Assembly (NCBI RefSeq): GCF_963921235.1
Contig: NC_086108.1
Location: 33,296,001 to 33,360,000, forward strand
Length of the DNA stretch: 64,000 nucleotides
Direction: 5' to 3'
Source: Mobula hypostoma
Lineage: Eukaryota
In this document: piece by piece, positions 28,901 to 43,079 of the stretch
Numbering within the stretch: position 1 is the stretch's first letter
Layout of the letters: each line of letters starts with the position of its first letter
Notes under the pieces: model-generated
What the model was told of the DNA's origin: nothing
Seen by the model: the letters and a program-made list of their open reading frames with translations, nothing else
Databases searched by the model: none
Position numbers and translations under genes: made by a program

Positions 28901-30795
28901 TCTGGACAGCAGATTGTAAATAGGGTCATTGGACTATTGTACTCAAACAAATTGCCCAGGCCACATTATCACAAAATCATTAGCAAACTAGAAAACCTGG
29001 ACAACCTATAGCATTAATCAGGTGCGCCCACTCAGGCAAGGATAAGGGAATCACATCAACTGAGTAACAATCTTCACATTGAACCAGACTACTGTTGTAT
29101 ACAGCAAGGGAAGATTCACTCAAAATAAATGGCAAATCTTGCAGGTGACATCATCCCACATTTTGAACCTCCTATCATTACTGTCTGCTTTACAAAATAC
29201 ATAAATGTTAAATTCTTTAAAATGACTCACTTCAAATCACACATTGGTAGTAGCTTCACTGGGCCTACGGTAGGGGGCATCTTTACCACCAGTAATTCTA
29301 AACACATTCAAACTAGTATTAACAATTCACTCTTGTGCCCAGCAATCGGGAAGCAAGGATAAAAATCCACAAAAACTTTATAAATATACTAGCCAATCCT
29401 GATGTTTTCACTTTCAAATCCCCAGATTCCACGTCCAAGTTTAAACTCTAAAGCATACCATTTTCCAGTAAAACTCAGAGACATGCTTGCTTCTCCATTG
29501 CACTGCTGCTCATCGTGGACTGATAGTTGTGAGCATCCTTGAAAAAACAGCAAAGTTCCTGCAATTGCTCTCAACATTTCAACTTGGGGAAGAAACAGAT
29601 CTCATGTGACACCGTTGCACATTGGGCTGTACTGCTGAAAAATCCAGTGCTGGCAGGGCAGTTTGGAATGAACGTCAAGACTAGAGCATCTTTCTGAGCT
29701 TCAGCTAGTAACAAGAATCAAACACCAACTGTTCCTGAAAGTTCAGTGAAGGACACTGAGTCTTGGAGGCTGTCCATTGTAAAAGAGAAGTCCATGACTG
29801 AATTCTGTAGACTGGCACATTCCAAAGGTTGGGACTACATTCTGAGGGATGCATTGATGCGGCAACAGCCAGGGTTTGAGGTCCTGATGCCAGTGCACAG
29901 TTGGGGAATGTGGGGGGCGGGGGAGAAAAGAGAGGGGTGGTGTATATGTAGTTACCCACAAGCACTGTATATGAAGGATTTCACATTGATATAAAGAGAA
30001 TGAAATGGTGTATATTGCAAATGGTGACATTCAGACATACTAATATATATATTTGCAACTATAATAGATCATTTTGAAAAACTGCATTTTTGGGGTGCCA
30101 TTCAAGGACAGGACTAGTAGGGGCATTACTATCATGCGGGGTCAGTACACCAGTCACTGAGTTTAAAATTTGATGGACAGGGAGACAACATTCTGCTTAT
30201 TCCTGCCTTGTTTCTTTTAAGTTGCCATCTCATTTAGCAATTGTTGGCTTAAGAATGAACTTTTAGGTTACGAGAGGTAGATTTAAACAAAGTTCTTCAA
30301 CTTGAGGACAATTAATTAAGAGTTTGTGATTACATGTTGCTGGCTCCGTGTCACACATTGTTCTGAAAATAGCATCCCAACACAAAAATGGAACCAGTGT
30401 TGAATTTACTTTGGAGCGGAGGCCAGGAGAAAAGACTGCGATAAGGAAATGAGTAACTGGCCACACATACAAGCAGCACAGTTAATAGGCAAATTATGAA
30501 TGGCACAACTCCAACAATTTCTACAACAGTTAAGCAAGGTTTTGTAAGTGTTGTAAGTTCCCTGGATCCTGACATCTTAACGGTTGTTCGCAATAGATGA
30601 AAACAATTAGATACATAACTGGCTCAACTGACAAGTGGCCCAAAAAGACACTCAATGGCTTTTTTGGCATAAACTTACTTCCACATTGTACTTCTTACGA
30701 GCAGCTGCGACTTTATAAGCAAGGAAGGAGACCATGGCAAAGCTGGCCGCACCAGTCAGCACCACGTACCCATATTCTTTTGATAGTACCACCAT
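22965..30795 (-). CDS. MGST3: Microsomal glutathione S-transferase 3 (MAPEG family), complete 146-aa CDS. Exons: 30795-30679, 28356-28283, 25788-25731, 23564-23492, 23083-22965
   Basis: Five GT/AG exons (117+74+58+73+119 = 441 nt) translate to [157 protein letters not shown] is the MGST3/MAPEG signature. A splice acceptor 10 nt before the ATG (exon starts 30805) implies a non-coding exon 1. Confidence 0.97.
25900..26795 (+). mobile_element. Penelope-like element 3' fragment (GIY-YIG remnant and terminal repeat)
   Basis: LYIGETR-like and [24 protein letters not shown] segments; degenerate hammerhead at 26664-26699. Confidence 0.82.
27140..27870 (-). mobile_element. Penelope-like element 3' fragment
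   Basis: [17 protein letters not shown] (ORF 27574-27768); terminal repeat at 27140-27270. Confidence 0.8.
27930..28154. mobile_element. 225-bp palindromic Penelope-derived element
   Basis: Two inverted terminal-repeat arms. Perfect 14-bp TSD GGCCAATTCTATAA (27916-27929, 28155-28168). Hammerhead at 28020-28055 (C3>G). Confidence 0.88.
28657..28873. mobile_element. 217-bp palindromic Penelope-derived element (different subfamily)
   Basis: Inverted arms. Perfect 13-bp TSD ATACTTTCCTTTT (28644-28656, 28874-28886). Hammerhead remnant GGGTTCCGGCCCGAAACGTCGACC. Confidence 0.88.
29720..29910 (+). mobile_element. Degraded L1/Tx1-clade LINE 3' fragment
   Basis: [24 protein letters not shown] resembles the 1188-1545 insert peptide. 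Confidence 0.55.
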
Positions 30796-32387
30796 CTTTT
30801 GGGTTCTAAAAGCATAGAAAAATGTAAAAGTAGTGAATTTGTTCCAGTGATGAACATAACGAAACAGAACAGTTTCTTAATTACACCCTGGCAGTAGCCA
30901 CTGCTTCAAGTCTTTTGGCACCCTCTTTCCTTCCATCTCCCCACCAATTCCTCCTTTGGATTTCCCAGAACCTCTAGAGAGATAGGATCTTTCTGCATCC
31001 AAATTCTGAGTTACATTTCCTTCCTAAAACAGTGACTGCACGTACGTGTCCAGAGAATGGCAGAAGTATTCATTCTTCTTTCCCCCAAGGAATAACTGTC
31101 AGCAACAGTCAGACAGCAGCAAAGAAGTAGTTAAGAAAGGAACCACATTCTATTAAGTTAATGTAGATGAATTATTAAAACATATCACCATGTAACAAGA
31201 AATGCAATCGAGAACCTGGAGTGTGTATCACTAAGGCCAATCAACAACTTAGGAAGAGCTGACAAAGCCCACAGATGGAAGCATAAGTAGAAAGCAAATT
31301 GTGTGTACGTCTGTCTGTTACACACCTGATATAATGATTAACTCTGCAATCACTCCAGATACACATACTGCTTACCAGATGAAAATTGCAACATTGCATG
31401 CACAAAATCTCGACCCACAGGATAAGGTATCTTCTAGCAAAATGTACCGTTTTGCTTATTAAAATGTTACTCAAGTTCCAGCTTACAAAGAAAAATCCAC
31501 AAATTGCTTCACATACTTATTTCTGAGACACACTGACCATAAAAGTAGACAGCCAGCATTAGAATGTGAGTGTGAAACAATGTTTAACTACCAAGTCATC
31601 ATTAAAGTTACGAAGCAACCTTCAACCTGGTTGTAAAGTTTACATTGCACATTGACATTTATCAGGAAATGCTAAAGTGCATGCAGCTTTAAATGTAATA
31701 GAGCACAGGGCTACAAAAATCTCCTTAAAAACAGACCAGATTTATGAAACACACATCAAATCATTTGTAAATTAGGTAGATTTCTAAAGTTTATGTATGG
31801 TTGTTGAACCGGCAAACTGCTTTTCAATTTACAGATCACATTGCTGTGATCAATCCTTTACCTCTCCCACTGTTTTCTCCAAAAACTCTATTTCGTAACT
31901 GGACTGGGGCTGTGATGGAAATGTAAAATATCTCCAAGTGTTTTCCCAACTACAGTGGAGAACAACACAGCTTCTGAAAACTCTTCCTGAATTTACAAGT
32001 AACAGCAATAGCTGCTGTGGATGAAACTGAAGTCATAACTGGCAATTTAGGCTCAGAGCCTGACGAGCCAGGATTGGATGTTAGTTATCACAGAAGTTTA
32101 GCACCTAAGGTAGAAAATGGAAAAGCACCATTTTGATATTATACGTCTACAACACAAATAGCCATTGCTTGTGCTGTCATCAGAATCTTCAGCCTTTCTA
32201 ATGAAACCCCAAGCTTAACCGGACCCTGTAACAGCAATGTATTTCCGCTGATCCTGCTGATTATCCCTAATAATAGTGAGCTCACTTTCTAATCAGACAC
32301 GCTCTCTGCAAATAGCTTACTAATTCTTACTTGGATTGATTAGCAACCACCTTTGGATCCTCTTTGTGGAAGCAGTTTCTATGTATC

Positions 32388-32884
32388 TTTTCTTTATTAA
32401 TCTTTTAATTGATTTAAAAGGAACATAAGTACAAACAAGAGGAGAATTATCTCAGATATATATATCAATAACAATACCAACCGAGATTCATACAGACATT
32501 ATCAACATCATAGAGTTAAGCTAGTATATAATAAAAAAGAAAACAGCAATTCTCCTCTTATCAGTTCATAAACAGGAAAGAAAAAACTTTGGACTTCAAA
32601 TGAAGAAAAAAAAACCACTACACTATATAAAAAAAAACAAAAAAAAAGGACCAGGCAGTCCATTCTGAGGAAACGAACAAAAAAAAAAGAAAAACTTTCT
32701 GATCAAATCAAAAACTTTGGAAAAAAAAATTGGAAGTGTAATAAATCAAGTTAAATGAAAATATTGAATAAAAGGTCGCTAGATTTGCTTAAATTTAAAG
32801 TTTGTATCAAACGTCCAACTTCTTATTTTCTCTAAACTTAAACACGACACAGTGGAGGAAAGCCAATAAAAGACCATAGGTGGA
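32388..32884 (-). mobile_element. L1-clade LINE 3' end
   Basis: Minus strand CLSLEKIRSWTFDTNFKFKQI*RPFIQYF (L1 ORF2 C-terminus), T-rich 3' UTR and AATAAA. 14-bp TSD AGTT(T/C)CTATGTATC (32374-32387, 32885-32898). Confidence 0.8.
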
Positions 32885-33339
32885 AGTTCCTATGTATCCA
32901 TCCAAAACTTAACCTCTTCAATCAGGTCATAGCTGGAGTACCATGTACAGGTCTGGTTGCCACATTATGGAAGGCATGTGATTGCACTGAGCGTAGACAA
33001 GATTCACTACGATGTAGTGTTTCATTTGAGGAAACTGAACAGAATAGACTTGAATTGAGCCATACAGTAGCATAGGAGCAGCATAACACTTTACAGCACC
33101 AGTGACTGGGGTTCAATTCCCACTGCTGTCTCTAAGGAGCTTGAAAATTCTCCCCGTGACCACGTAGTTTCCTCTGGGTGCTCAGCTTTCCTCCCACATT
33201 CCAAAGTTATACGGGTTAGTAAGTTGTGGGCATGGGTCGTTAATGCAAAATAACACGTTTCACTATGTTTCGATATATACATAACCAATACAGCTAATCT
33301 TTCAAAAGAATAGATTGGGTTCATTTGCTTTGGAGCAAA

Positions 33340-33800
33340 ATATGGTGACCAGAACTGTCCGTAGTATTCCAGCTGGGATCTAGCCAACTTTTATGAAGTA
33401 GTACCATAACCTCCCTGTTCTTCTATGCTATGCCCTCACTAATAAAGGCAATCATTCCAAGTGCCCGTTTGACCATCTTACCCAGCTGAGCTGCCACCTT
33501 CAGGGATCTTTGGACTTGTACACCAAGGAACTTCCGTTCCTCAGTTCTCCAAGGTCCATCCATTGAATGCACCCGCCCTCCTTCTGCAAGCTTACAAATT
33601 ACCTCCAATATGCATACCTAATTTGATAATGCACAGTAACAGATAGGGTCCCAACACCGATGTCTACAGTATCTCACTGGCAACAGGCTTCCAATCACAA
33701 AACAACTCTCCATCAATTCTGCCTCCTATTACCAGTCCTATATAGGGTCCTACTTGCCCTGGACCCCATGGGCAACTATTTGGACCGGTCTCCCATGTAG
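33340..33800 (-). mobile_element. Degraded CR1 LINE fragment
   Basis: ARSQLEYYGQFWSPY and FLGVQVQRSLKVAAQLGKMVKRALGMIAFI. Confidence 0.75.
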
Positions 33801-36800
33801 ATTGGATCAACTACACCGCCCTCAGTGATACATTAGGTCAGGCAGGATCTCCCTCAAATAAAACCATTCTGTCTAACTCATTAAGCCTGCTTTTCACATG
33901 TAGATTACTTCTGCCCCTCAAATATTTTCTATTGGCATCCCTACTACTGATATGAAACTCACTGCCATTTAGTTACATCTCCACTGCCCTTCTTCGATAA
34001 AGATACCACATCTGCTGTTCTCCAGTTATCTGGTAGCTCGTTTAAAATCTCTTGTCAGGGTTCTAGTAATCATCTCCCTTGCCAACCACAACAGTGTGGG
34101 AAGCATCTCATCAGTGCCCGAGGATTTATACAACTTTGAGCTCACCAAAACACAAAACACTGGAGAAACTCAGCAGGTGCTCCAGTTTCCTCCCACATTC
34201 CAAAGATGTACGGGTTAGTATGTTGATTAAATAAAATAGAAAATAAAATCTGCAGTCACTCGCACCTTCAGCGCTTTAACTCACCTGGAAATGCTGCACC
34301 CTTCTGAAATCAATATTGAATTTTGAATTTCGGAATGGGCACAGAACCCATGAACACTACCTCACTACTTTTTTAAATTTTTATTTTTTCACTACTTATA
34401 TTTAAGTCTATACATTTACTGTAATTCACATTTCTTCCCCCTATTATGTATTGCATTGTACTGCCTCCGCAAAGACAAATTTCACAACATATGCCGGTGA
34501 TATTAAACTTGATTCTGATTCAGATAACTTCATTTCTCAGTCTGTATCAACCATCCATCTGTGATATTAGCTCAATTTGCTTTTCCCCCGCCCCACTCTG
34601 GGCGTGAAGCACCTGTCCAGCCTGACCTGCTGGGCCTGACTTTCTGCTCTGCATTTTACAACTCCCGTGTTCTTTTGTCTATGTTCTAGTTCTATAATCA
34701 CCCCCATTCACCAGATAACTCCTTTATAACTTATCCCTGAGATCACCCTGCTTTTATCCTGTCAGAGGCATCCCTCCTCCTTCCACTCCCTTCCTGCAGC
34801 TTAAGAAGCTTCTTATCTTCCAAGTTCTAATGGAGCCCAGAATGTTGACTTGGCCTCCTATCTTACACGTACAGTCTAAACTGATTTAGAATGAGGTTCT
34901 TTATTTGAGATCTGTTGTGAATTTTGAAGTTTTGTGGCAATATACGACACAATAAATTTTTAAAAAGACTAAAAATTGCAATAATACATAAAAAGATAGT
35001 GCAAAAAGATTAAAATACTGTAGTGAGGTTTTCTTCATGGACCATTGAGAAATCTGAAGGGACATTTCTGCACAGTATTTCCAGCATTTTTTTCCTGTTT
35101 GCTTTAGACCTCCAGCATATGCGGATCTTCCCCCCCCCCCCCCATTATCTCTTGGCATAAAGAGTTCCTTAAAATTCTTGCCTATACCTTCCATGCTTAA
35201 GGGAACATATTGGCCGTGACCATTTAATATTTCACTTTTGAAGAACTCCCACTTGTCTGATGTTGACCTACTTAACACTGGTCACTTCCAAATCAACTTC
35301 TGCCAGGTCCTACCTCAAGATATTGAGATCAGCTTCTCACCAATTCAGGAAAGCATTTTCCAGACTCTTTCTACAACTAACTTGAAACTTATGCGTCATG
35401 GTCACCATCTCCAAAATGCTCTCCCACCGATATGTCAACCACCTGTCCAGCTGCGTTCCCAGAGTCTGAGCTCTGGACAGACGCCTCAGAGGCAACTATC
35501 CACATACTGGCTCATGAAGCTCTCCAGGCCGTGCACCTCCAGCATCTTGTGTGTGTTGCTCTGGATTTCCAGCACCTGCAGAATTTCTCTTGCTTGTATT
35601 CTATCTATGACTTGCCTATTCAAGTGCCTGTCTAAATGACTCTTAAATGTAGGAATTGTATCCTATTTCACCATTACCCTGACAACGCATTCCAAATCTC
35701 AACCACTCTTAAAGCAAAAATCTTTCCCCTGCAACCCTCTTTAAAATTCCTTCCTCTCACCTTAAACATATGCCCTTGTTTTCTCATCCCTCCACCATGA
35801 AAAAAATCTATTCTGTCTATCCACCCTAGCAATACCTCACAACCTTAAATATTCCATTAAGTTCGCTACTAAGCCTGCGTTGGACCAAGGAACAGAAAGT
35901 CAACATTTCCAGTTCCTGGGAAAATGCTAGGAACATACGGGTGAATCTCCTCTGTTCTTAGCGTGACAGCGTCAGTGGCTCATGAAAGGACTTTGCTCTA
36001 GGATTGAACTCAATGGACTATGTGTAGCTGTGGCAATTTCTGCTTCTGCAGTACAACATTTGAAACGAGCCACTGACAAGTCAGTCACGAGAGGAGACCA
36101 AGCACAGCAAGTCACAGGCACACTTACTCAATCTGACTTTGTCTTTACAGGAGTTCAGATCTACAGGAGGAGATCTCGTTGAGCAAAAAACACAAACTGC
36201 TGGAGGAACTCAGCAAATCAGGCAACATCCATGGAGGGGAATAACCAGTCAATGTTTTGGGCTGAGACCTTTCATGAAGACTGGAAAAGAAGAGACAGAA
36301 GACAGAATAAGGTGGTGGGGGCAGGCATTGCAAATGTATGCCTGCGTTCCAGAAAGCTACTCCCCCCAGCCAGGGTTTTCTGTAACCAGGGGTCACTCTC
36401 AGGGTATGGAGAAAGATATCCAGGACAAATATCTTCACTTTGGGGATGCAGAACTCTCTGCCATGAGGATGTGAATGCTACCACCGAATATATTTAAAGA
36501 GACAGGTAGATTTCCAAAACATTAATAGGTATCAAGGGGTATGGGGAGAGCAGAAATACAGTTTTGAGAAAATCAGCCATTATCAGGTCAAATGGTGAAG
36601 CAGTCTCGAAGGGTTCAATGGTCTTTCCTGCTCTTAAGTTGTCTACAGAGGGCAGCGGTGAGACCACACAACTGCATTATACTAAATCTAATTCTATGTC
36701 TAAAGATTCAACTCTTTTTGTGGGATGTTTGCAAGGGCAGTATTTATTAATTGATTGCCTCTGACTCTGATCCATCTGAAGCTATTTCCAAGTGTGGTTG

Positions 36801-39306
36801 GAGAGGGAGGTCTAAGATCAAGTCCCAGCAATGGAGTAGGAGATATTTAGTTCCAAGCAGGCCAATGTGCGATTGGAGGCTACCTCACAGGTGCACCTGC
36901 TGCCCTTGTGGTACAATACATTTTATGAATGGTACACAGATGATATGGTGTGCCAGTAGAGGAGAAAGGTTAATGCCTTGGATGGTGTTTGGGGTGACAA
37001 GCAGGATGCTTCGCCTTGGAAGGCACTGAACATTGCTAAGCTGTACTCATCCGCCTGCACTCTTACCTTGTGTCTCATGAACAGTGGAACTGCCTTGAGG
37101 CCCTCGGGATCACGTTCTGGGAGGAAGAGAAAATTCTGTGAAGGGGGACTGAGTTAACTGGGCCTGTATTGCACTGAGGTTATGAGAATATGCAGTTAAA
37201 CATACAACATTCTCTTGGGGCTTGACATGGTCAATATGACACTGCCTTTTCCCTGGTTGTTAACCATAAAAAGAGACTCACTATTTCAGGAAACAAGGGT
37301 CCAGTCACTTAAAAAAAAAATCTCTTCTTGATCTTAAGATTGAGTATAAAAACAATTTGCAAATCTTTATTAAATACTTCCCAAGCAGCATTGCAGGGAA
37401 TCTGCAGGGGAAGATGAAAGGATATTGTGGGAAGGAACGGATGGAAAGAGTTGCCAAGGTAAAAGCTCAGCCCGTTATTCAGAAAGGACTGGGCTATATG
37501 GCCTACTCCCACTACTTATTTTCAAAGTTCATCAGTCTTATCAATTCTAACATTATTTAACATGCCCTGGTGGTTAATGCATCAGAAGAAAACAATCAAA
37601 TGTCAGGGGATCTGAAGTGAGAAAGGGAAGACTTGGAACATCAATGAAACACTGATTTGGCTCTAGTGGGAAGGTGGGCATGTCTAGGAGGCAATGCATG
37701 GAAAATAATTGATTGATACACTAATGCAACTACAGTAGAAATAAAGAGCCAGGGAATGTGCAGAATCTGTCTGGCTTCTGGACAAAGTTGGTGGTCACCA
37801 TAAATCTCAGAACCAAAAATTTCTAGGTGTGAATCAGACTAATGCTGAAACTAGACTCATGGGATAAAGATATGGCAAACTAGGACTAGCCATTTTAAAA
37901 ATGAATGAAATGAATAGCAGATTAGAGCACAGAAGCTCACCTAAGTGTGGAACCCTTGCAGTGAGAGAATTCCAGTCCTCCTGGACATCTCTAGGAAAAC
38001 TACTGGACTGGGACCATTTACTGTAGTCTGATCTGCTATGATCTGATCCAGATTTAAGGTAACTAATCCAATTTGCAATAATGAAGATGTATGCAACCTC
38101 AGGTGGGCAAGATTGATTATAGCTTCAACTCAGCAGTTAGCTTTTAACTGGGGCTAAAACACAGCAGAGCCTATGCAAGAGTAGGGTCTGCACAGCAGCA
38201 AACAAAGATACAAGAGGCACTGAGGAATATTATAACACTGGAGATAATTTTTAAAAAATCACTTAACACCAATGGTTAAACTTTAACCACCCGCTTGAAA
38301 TGGTCTGAAAGATAATTTTAAAAAGCAGCATCATTGATGGGGTTAAAATACACAGTTTATACATTGTACTTTCACTTTCTAAGAGCAATTAGGAGAGCTA
38401 ATGTTTGCTAGCAATTCCCAAATATCAGTCAGCAATAATTAAAATGACACGACAGTCAAATCAGTTGTTATTTAGGCATTTCTTCCACCTCGGCCCATTT
38501 TCAAATTTAAAACTCTTCCACGTCATTGCTATTCTTATACTTGGCCACCCCAAAGTATCTGTCTCTCATGTTCTATAATCCCCAGTGATTCAAAACTCTG
38601 TTGGATGACTAGTAACTCAAGCTAGTTCTGAGTGATCATCACCTCAGCCTAGTTAAGTAACACAACCATTTTGAAATGATCACCCTCATTGTTAATTTCT
38701 TCCAAGGTTGTCTTCTTTCCCAGTCTCTAACCTCTAAATCTCTACCAATCCCTTGCCTCCATCCCCTTCAAACTTGATCAGTTCCCTTCTGCTGTCAAAA
38801 TAGTTTTCCCCTTCCTTCTTCACATTGCTCTGCAAAAATGGTCCATTAAGAGCAAACGTCTGTCTGTTATGCAGTTTAGTGTCAAGTTCTGTTTGATGAT
38901 AATTTGGCACATCTAGAACCACTTCTACTAGAATTCTATAGATAAGTACCAGATGGACAGCTGATCCTGTTGGACACAAAAACAGCCTGCACCATCTGGA
39001 GTGGAAGTGAAGCACTGAGGAGAAAACACGAGGATGGCGAGATGGGATGATGCAGCATAATGGAGAGAGAGACTGGGTATGACAAAGCAACTCAGCTACC
39101 AAAGCATTTCAGTGAACGAAAGAAAGCTGAATAGTTTCAAGTTTGAAAATACTTTCGTAAGTGACAAGAGCTGGAGGGGAAAATATTGTTGAGACAAACC
39201 CAGCAGACGCAAGGTCGAAAGACACCGTGTAGGATGAGAGGAACAAGAGGGAGGTCTGAGATGTCTCCTTAAATAACCTACACAAGTCAGAAAGGTCAGA
39301 TATGTA

Positions 39307-39845
39307 CAGTACTGTGCAAATGCACATACAGTATATATAGCTAGAGGGCCTAAGACTTTTGCACAGTACTGTAGTAATTATGAATTGCACTGTTAACTGC
39401 CACAAAAACAAATTTCATGATAAACCTGATTCTAGTATGGGTCTTTATAGTGGACTGTGACTGGGAAGGGGACCAGTAGAGGGGAATCATGGTTGTGGAA
39501 AAGGGGAAAGGAGAGGGGAGGGAGCAGGAAGCACCAGAGAGACAGCCTGTAATAATCAATAAAGCAACTGGCTGCAATTGAATGACCTGCTTGGTGTCTC
39601 AGGGCTGGGGCTGGGTGTGTGTACATCTGTGCCGACACCCCCTCCCCACCGCCCCCCGGAGCTCCCTCTCTATCCACCTGTCACTCACTGCTCCCTCAGC
39701 ACTCCACCCTCACCATTCCCAACATCCTTTGCTCCTACCAGAGTTACAAACCTGCGCTCTGCTCCATGGTGGCAAATACACTACTGTGCAAAAGTCTTAA
39801 GCAGCTCGGCTATATCGATGTGCCCAAGACTTTTGCACAGTACTG
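39307..39845. mobile_element. Two about 65-bp Tc1/mariner-type MITEs (39307-39371 and 39779-39845)
   Basis: Each has TIRs CAGTACTGTGCAAA / TTTGCACAGTACTG (one mismatch in the second copy) flanked by TA. Confidence 0.8.
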
Positions 39846-40919
39846 TATAGGAAGCTTCAACAGATAGTGGATAAGAAGACCAATTTTAAGACGAGATGAA
39901 TTATGAAGGTGCCAGCAGAAAACAAGAATGAGGCCAAAACATCAATAAATTTAAATCTCTGGAAGTAAACAGGAGATTTATTAACAGTTCCAATAACACG
40001 TTGTTAAACCAGATAAGCCAAAACTGTTAGAAATACTCAATAGGTCAGACAGCATTAATGGAAGGCAAAATATCAACGTTAAGTGTCAACTACCTTTCAT
40101 TAGAGCAAATGAAAAACATTCAGCTGGAATCATTGTGCATTTCCCCCTCCATAGATGTTGCCCCTCTCCAGCATTTCACTATTTTTACTTCAGCTTTCAG
40201 CACCTACAGTATTTTGCTTTCAGAGTGAGAGACAGATAGGACAGAAACAGGCCCTTTGACTCAGCGCCCACACCAGTCATCAAACACCCAGCTAAGTGCA
40301 ATGCCACTTTCCTTCTGCCAGCATAATCAATATATCAGCTTACCTCTTGCAAGCTTAATTTACCAATCATAAAAGATTTAACATGGGTGGTGATCCAAAA
40401 TACCCAGAGAATCAGAAACCCGGCAACTCACAGGAGATAGATAGGACTACCTCGAGCCCAGCTTCCATTATGCCCCAAGTGACCGACTGAAGACTCCCAA
40501 ATGAGAGGGAGACTCACACCAACACACATGGAGATTGGGTGGAGCTTTATATTTGTATAAACCTTGCACCAGTTTGACATGACTGATCACAACATCTCAG
40601 TCCACTGTCTGGCAGAACGGTTGCCATGACAGGATCCTTTATTAGTATCTTATTCCCATTTCCAGTTTTAGCCTTTGATATTACCAGCCTGTACCACCCA
40701 GTTTCACCTGCAACCCTACCACATGCCATTTAATTTCTTCTATTTCCACCCTATCAGAGACTTCCCCCTCCTGTTCTCTCCACCCCTCCCTTCTTCCCAG
40801 CTCTGACTAAAGGTGATCAACATGAAATGCTCCAGAGGTGCTGTCTGTCTTGTCGAATATTTTCAGGTTTGTTTGTTTTTTTTAAATATTGGAGTCTTCT
40901 GACATCTAGAATTAACCAA

Positions 40920-41039
40920 GCAACACACACAAAATGGTAGAGGAACTCAGCATAGATGCTACCTGGCCTGCTGAGCTCCTCCAGCATTTTGTGTGTATTG
41001 CTTGGCTTTCCAGCATTTGCAGATTTTCTCTTGTTTGAG
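40920..41039. mobile_element. 120-bp fold-back Penelope-derived element (no hammerhead retained)
   Basis: Perfect 15-bp TSD TCTAGAATTAACCAA (40905-40919, 41040-41054). A short inverted arm plus the family 3' end. Confidence 0.85.
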
Positions 41040-41144
41040 TCTAGAATTAACCAATTGTGATGCATCCAGAATTCACTTGATCTGAAACAAATAACTTGAA
41101 ACAGACGTTGGGAAAGGCTTAACACAGTCATAGTCGTACTTTAC

Positions 41145-41357
41145 TGATCCCGGGGGAAATTGGCTTTCGTTACAGTTGCATCATAAATAATTAAATAGTA
41201 ATGAAACCATAAATAGTTAAATAGTAATATGTAAATTATGCCAGTAAATTATGAAATAAGTCCAGGACCAGCCTATTGGCTCAGGGTGTCTGACCCTCCA
41301 AGGGAGGGGTTGTAAAGTTTGATGGCCACAGGCAGGAATGACTTCCTACGACGCTCT
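41145..41357 (-). mobile_element. LINE 3' end with a (TATGAC)n-type tail; same family as 61533-61719
   Basis: Near-identical reverse complement of 61533-61719. The minus strand encodes ...RRRKSFLPVAIKLYN, a Rex1/Babar-type C-terminus. Confidence 0.75.
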
Positions 41358-43079
41358 GTGGTTCTCAACCTGTGGCCCATGGTCCCCTTGGTTAACGGTA
41401 GGCGCCCATGGCATAACGTAAGAGGTTGGGAATCCCGGCTTAACAGAACATGGCTTCTTTCCCAAGACCAGAAGAGGGGGAAATTAAACTGATGGATTTT
41501 AAAATGATGCATAGCCTTGGTAAATTCTAGGGAAGTACAAGAGTACTTCAGCAGGGGCCCAATTAGTAAGAGTGCTGCCTCACAGAACCAGGGATCCAAG
41601 CTTGATCCTGACATCAGGAGCTGGCTGCGTGGCTTGTACATTCTCCCTGTAACTGCATGGAATTTCTCTGTATGCTCGAGCTTCTTCCCACATCCCAAAG
41701 ACATGTGGGATGGTAAGTTGGGAAATTACCTCCGGTATTTAAGTGACTGATAGAATCTGGGGGAGTTGGTGAGAATGTAGGAACAATAAAAATTTGAATT
41801 AATGAATAATTCAGGTCAAGGGGGTGTGGATGATGGTTTTGGTTGGCCCAAGGACCTGTTCCTGTACTGTATCTCTCAGTGAAAATTGCAATATCATGGG
41901 AGAGATCAAGACAAATAGCACAAACACTGTAGGGGGAGGAGGGAGGGAGGGAAATTATTAACAAGAAGAAATATAAGCAAGAGAAGGCCAAGTGGCATCT
42001 CCATCCAGCTCCATCATTGTAAGATCCTGACTGAACTTCAATAATTTATTACCCATTCCTCATGCCCAATCTACCATCCCAAGTTTCAGTTGAACACAAG
42101 CAGGCTTACAGTCAGAGAATTCTAAAGATTCACAATGCTTGTGCAGAGAAATGTTCCCTTACCGCAGTCCTAAAAGACCAATCCACACCCGAGTCTCCTA
42201 CCTGTGGAAACAAGTTTGCAGTGTTTATCCTGGAGGTGCACATGATTCAGTGGGATTAAGTCCATTTTACTTGATACTTTCACAACAGTAATCAAATTCG
42301 GAAAATGTTTGCTTTTCAGGTGACTAAATAGAAAAATTGCGAAAGATCAGGAATGCATTCTTCCCTTACCTGGCTGTAACATCTTAAGAACATTACAACA
42401 CAGCAGTCAGGACAGTCTGTAAAGCGTTTGAAATCAGAACACAAGTTCAGTCCTAAAGCTGACTTGCATCTATAGTCTGCAGTGCATCTGTCCACAAGCC
42501 TGTGCGCCAGATGGACAGCTCGTGTCTCAGCGCCAGACCAACACATTTAAAGCCAGCTAGGTATGCGGTAACAGAGGAAGAATGCCACTGCAGCTACTTC
42601 AGGGGCAAACTTCTCATCAGATACTTGGGAGTTTTTAACTTCAACTGTGGAAATCAGGGCAAATGACATTCTGACAGTAAATGAAAAATTATGTTAAAAA
42701 ACCAGATGCAGCATGTCTAAAAAGTGGAAAATTCTTGACATACTCAAGTCTGGCAGCATCTGTGGAAAGAGAAGCAGAGTTAACATTTCTGATACAAGAC
42801 TGTCGTCAGAATTGGAAAAAAAGATAAAAAGGAAATATCTCAGTTCTGGTGAAGAGTCCCTGACATGGAATATTAGTTCTGCTTCCCTTTCCACTGATGC
42901 TGCCTGACCTATTGAGTGTTTCCAGTATTTATTGTTTTTACATCCCCCAACAGTAGTTTTATGGGACACAATACTGTTGGCATCAGCAAACTTTACTGTG
43001 CCCTGTCATCTAAATGCACTGAATCAGAATGCAAATACTACAACTGAAGCTGTGGGTTTCCCCCTGTGAAATCAGAAAT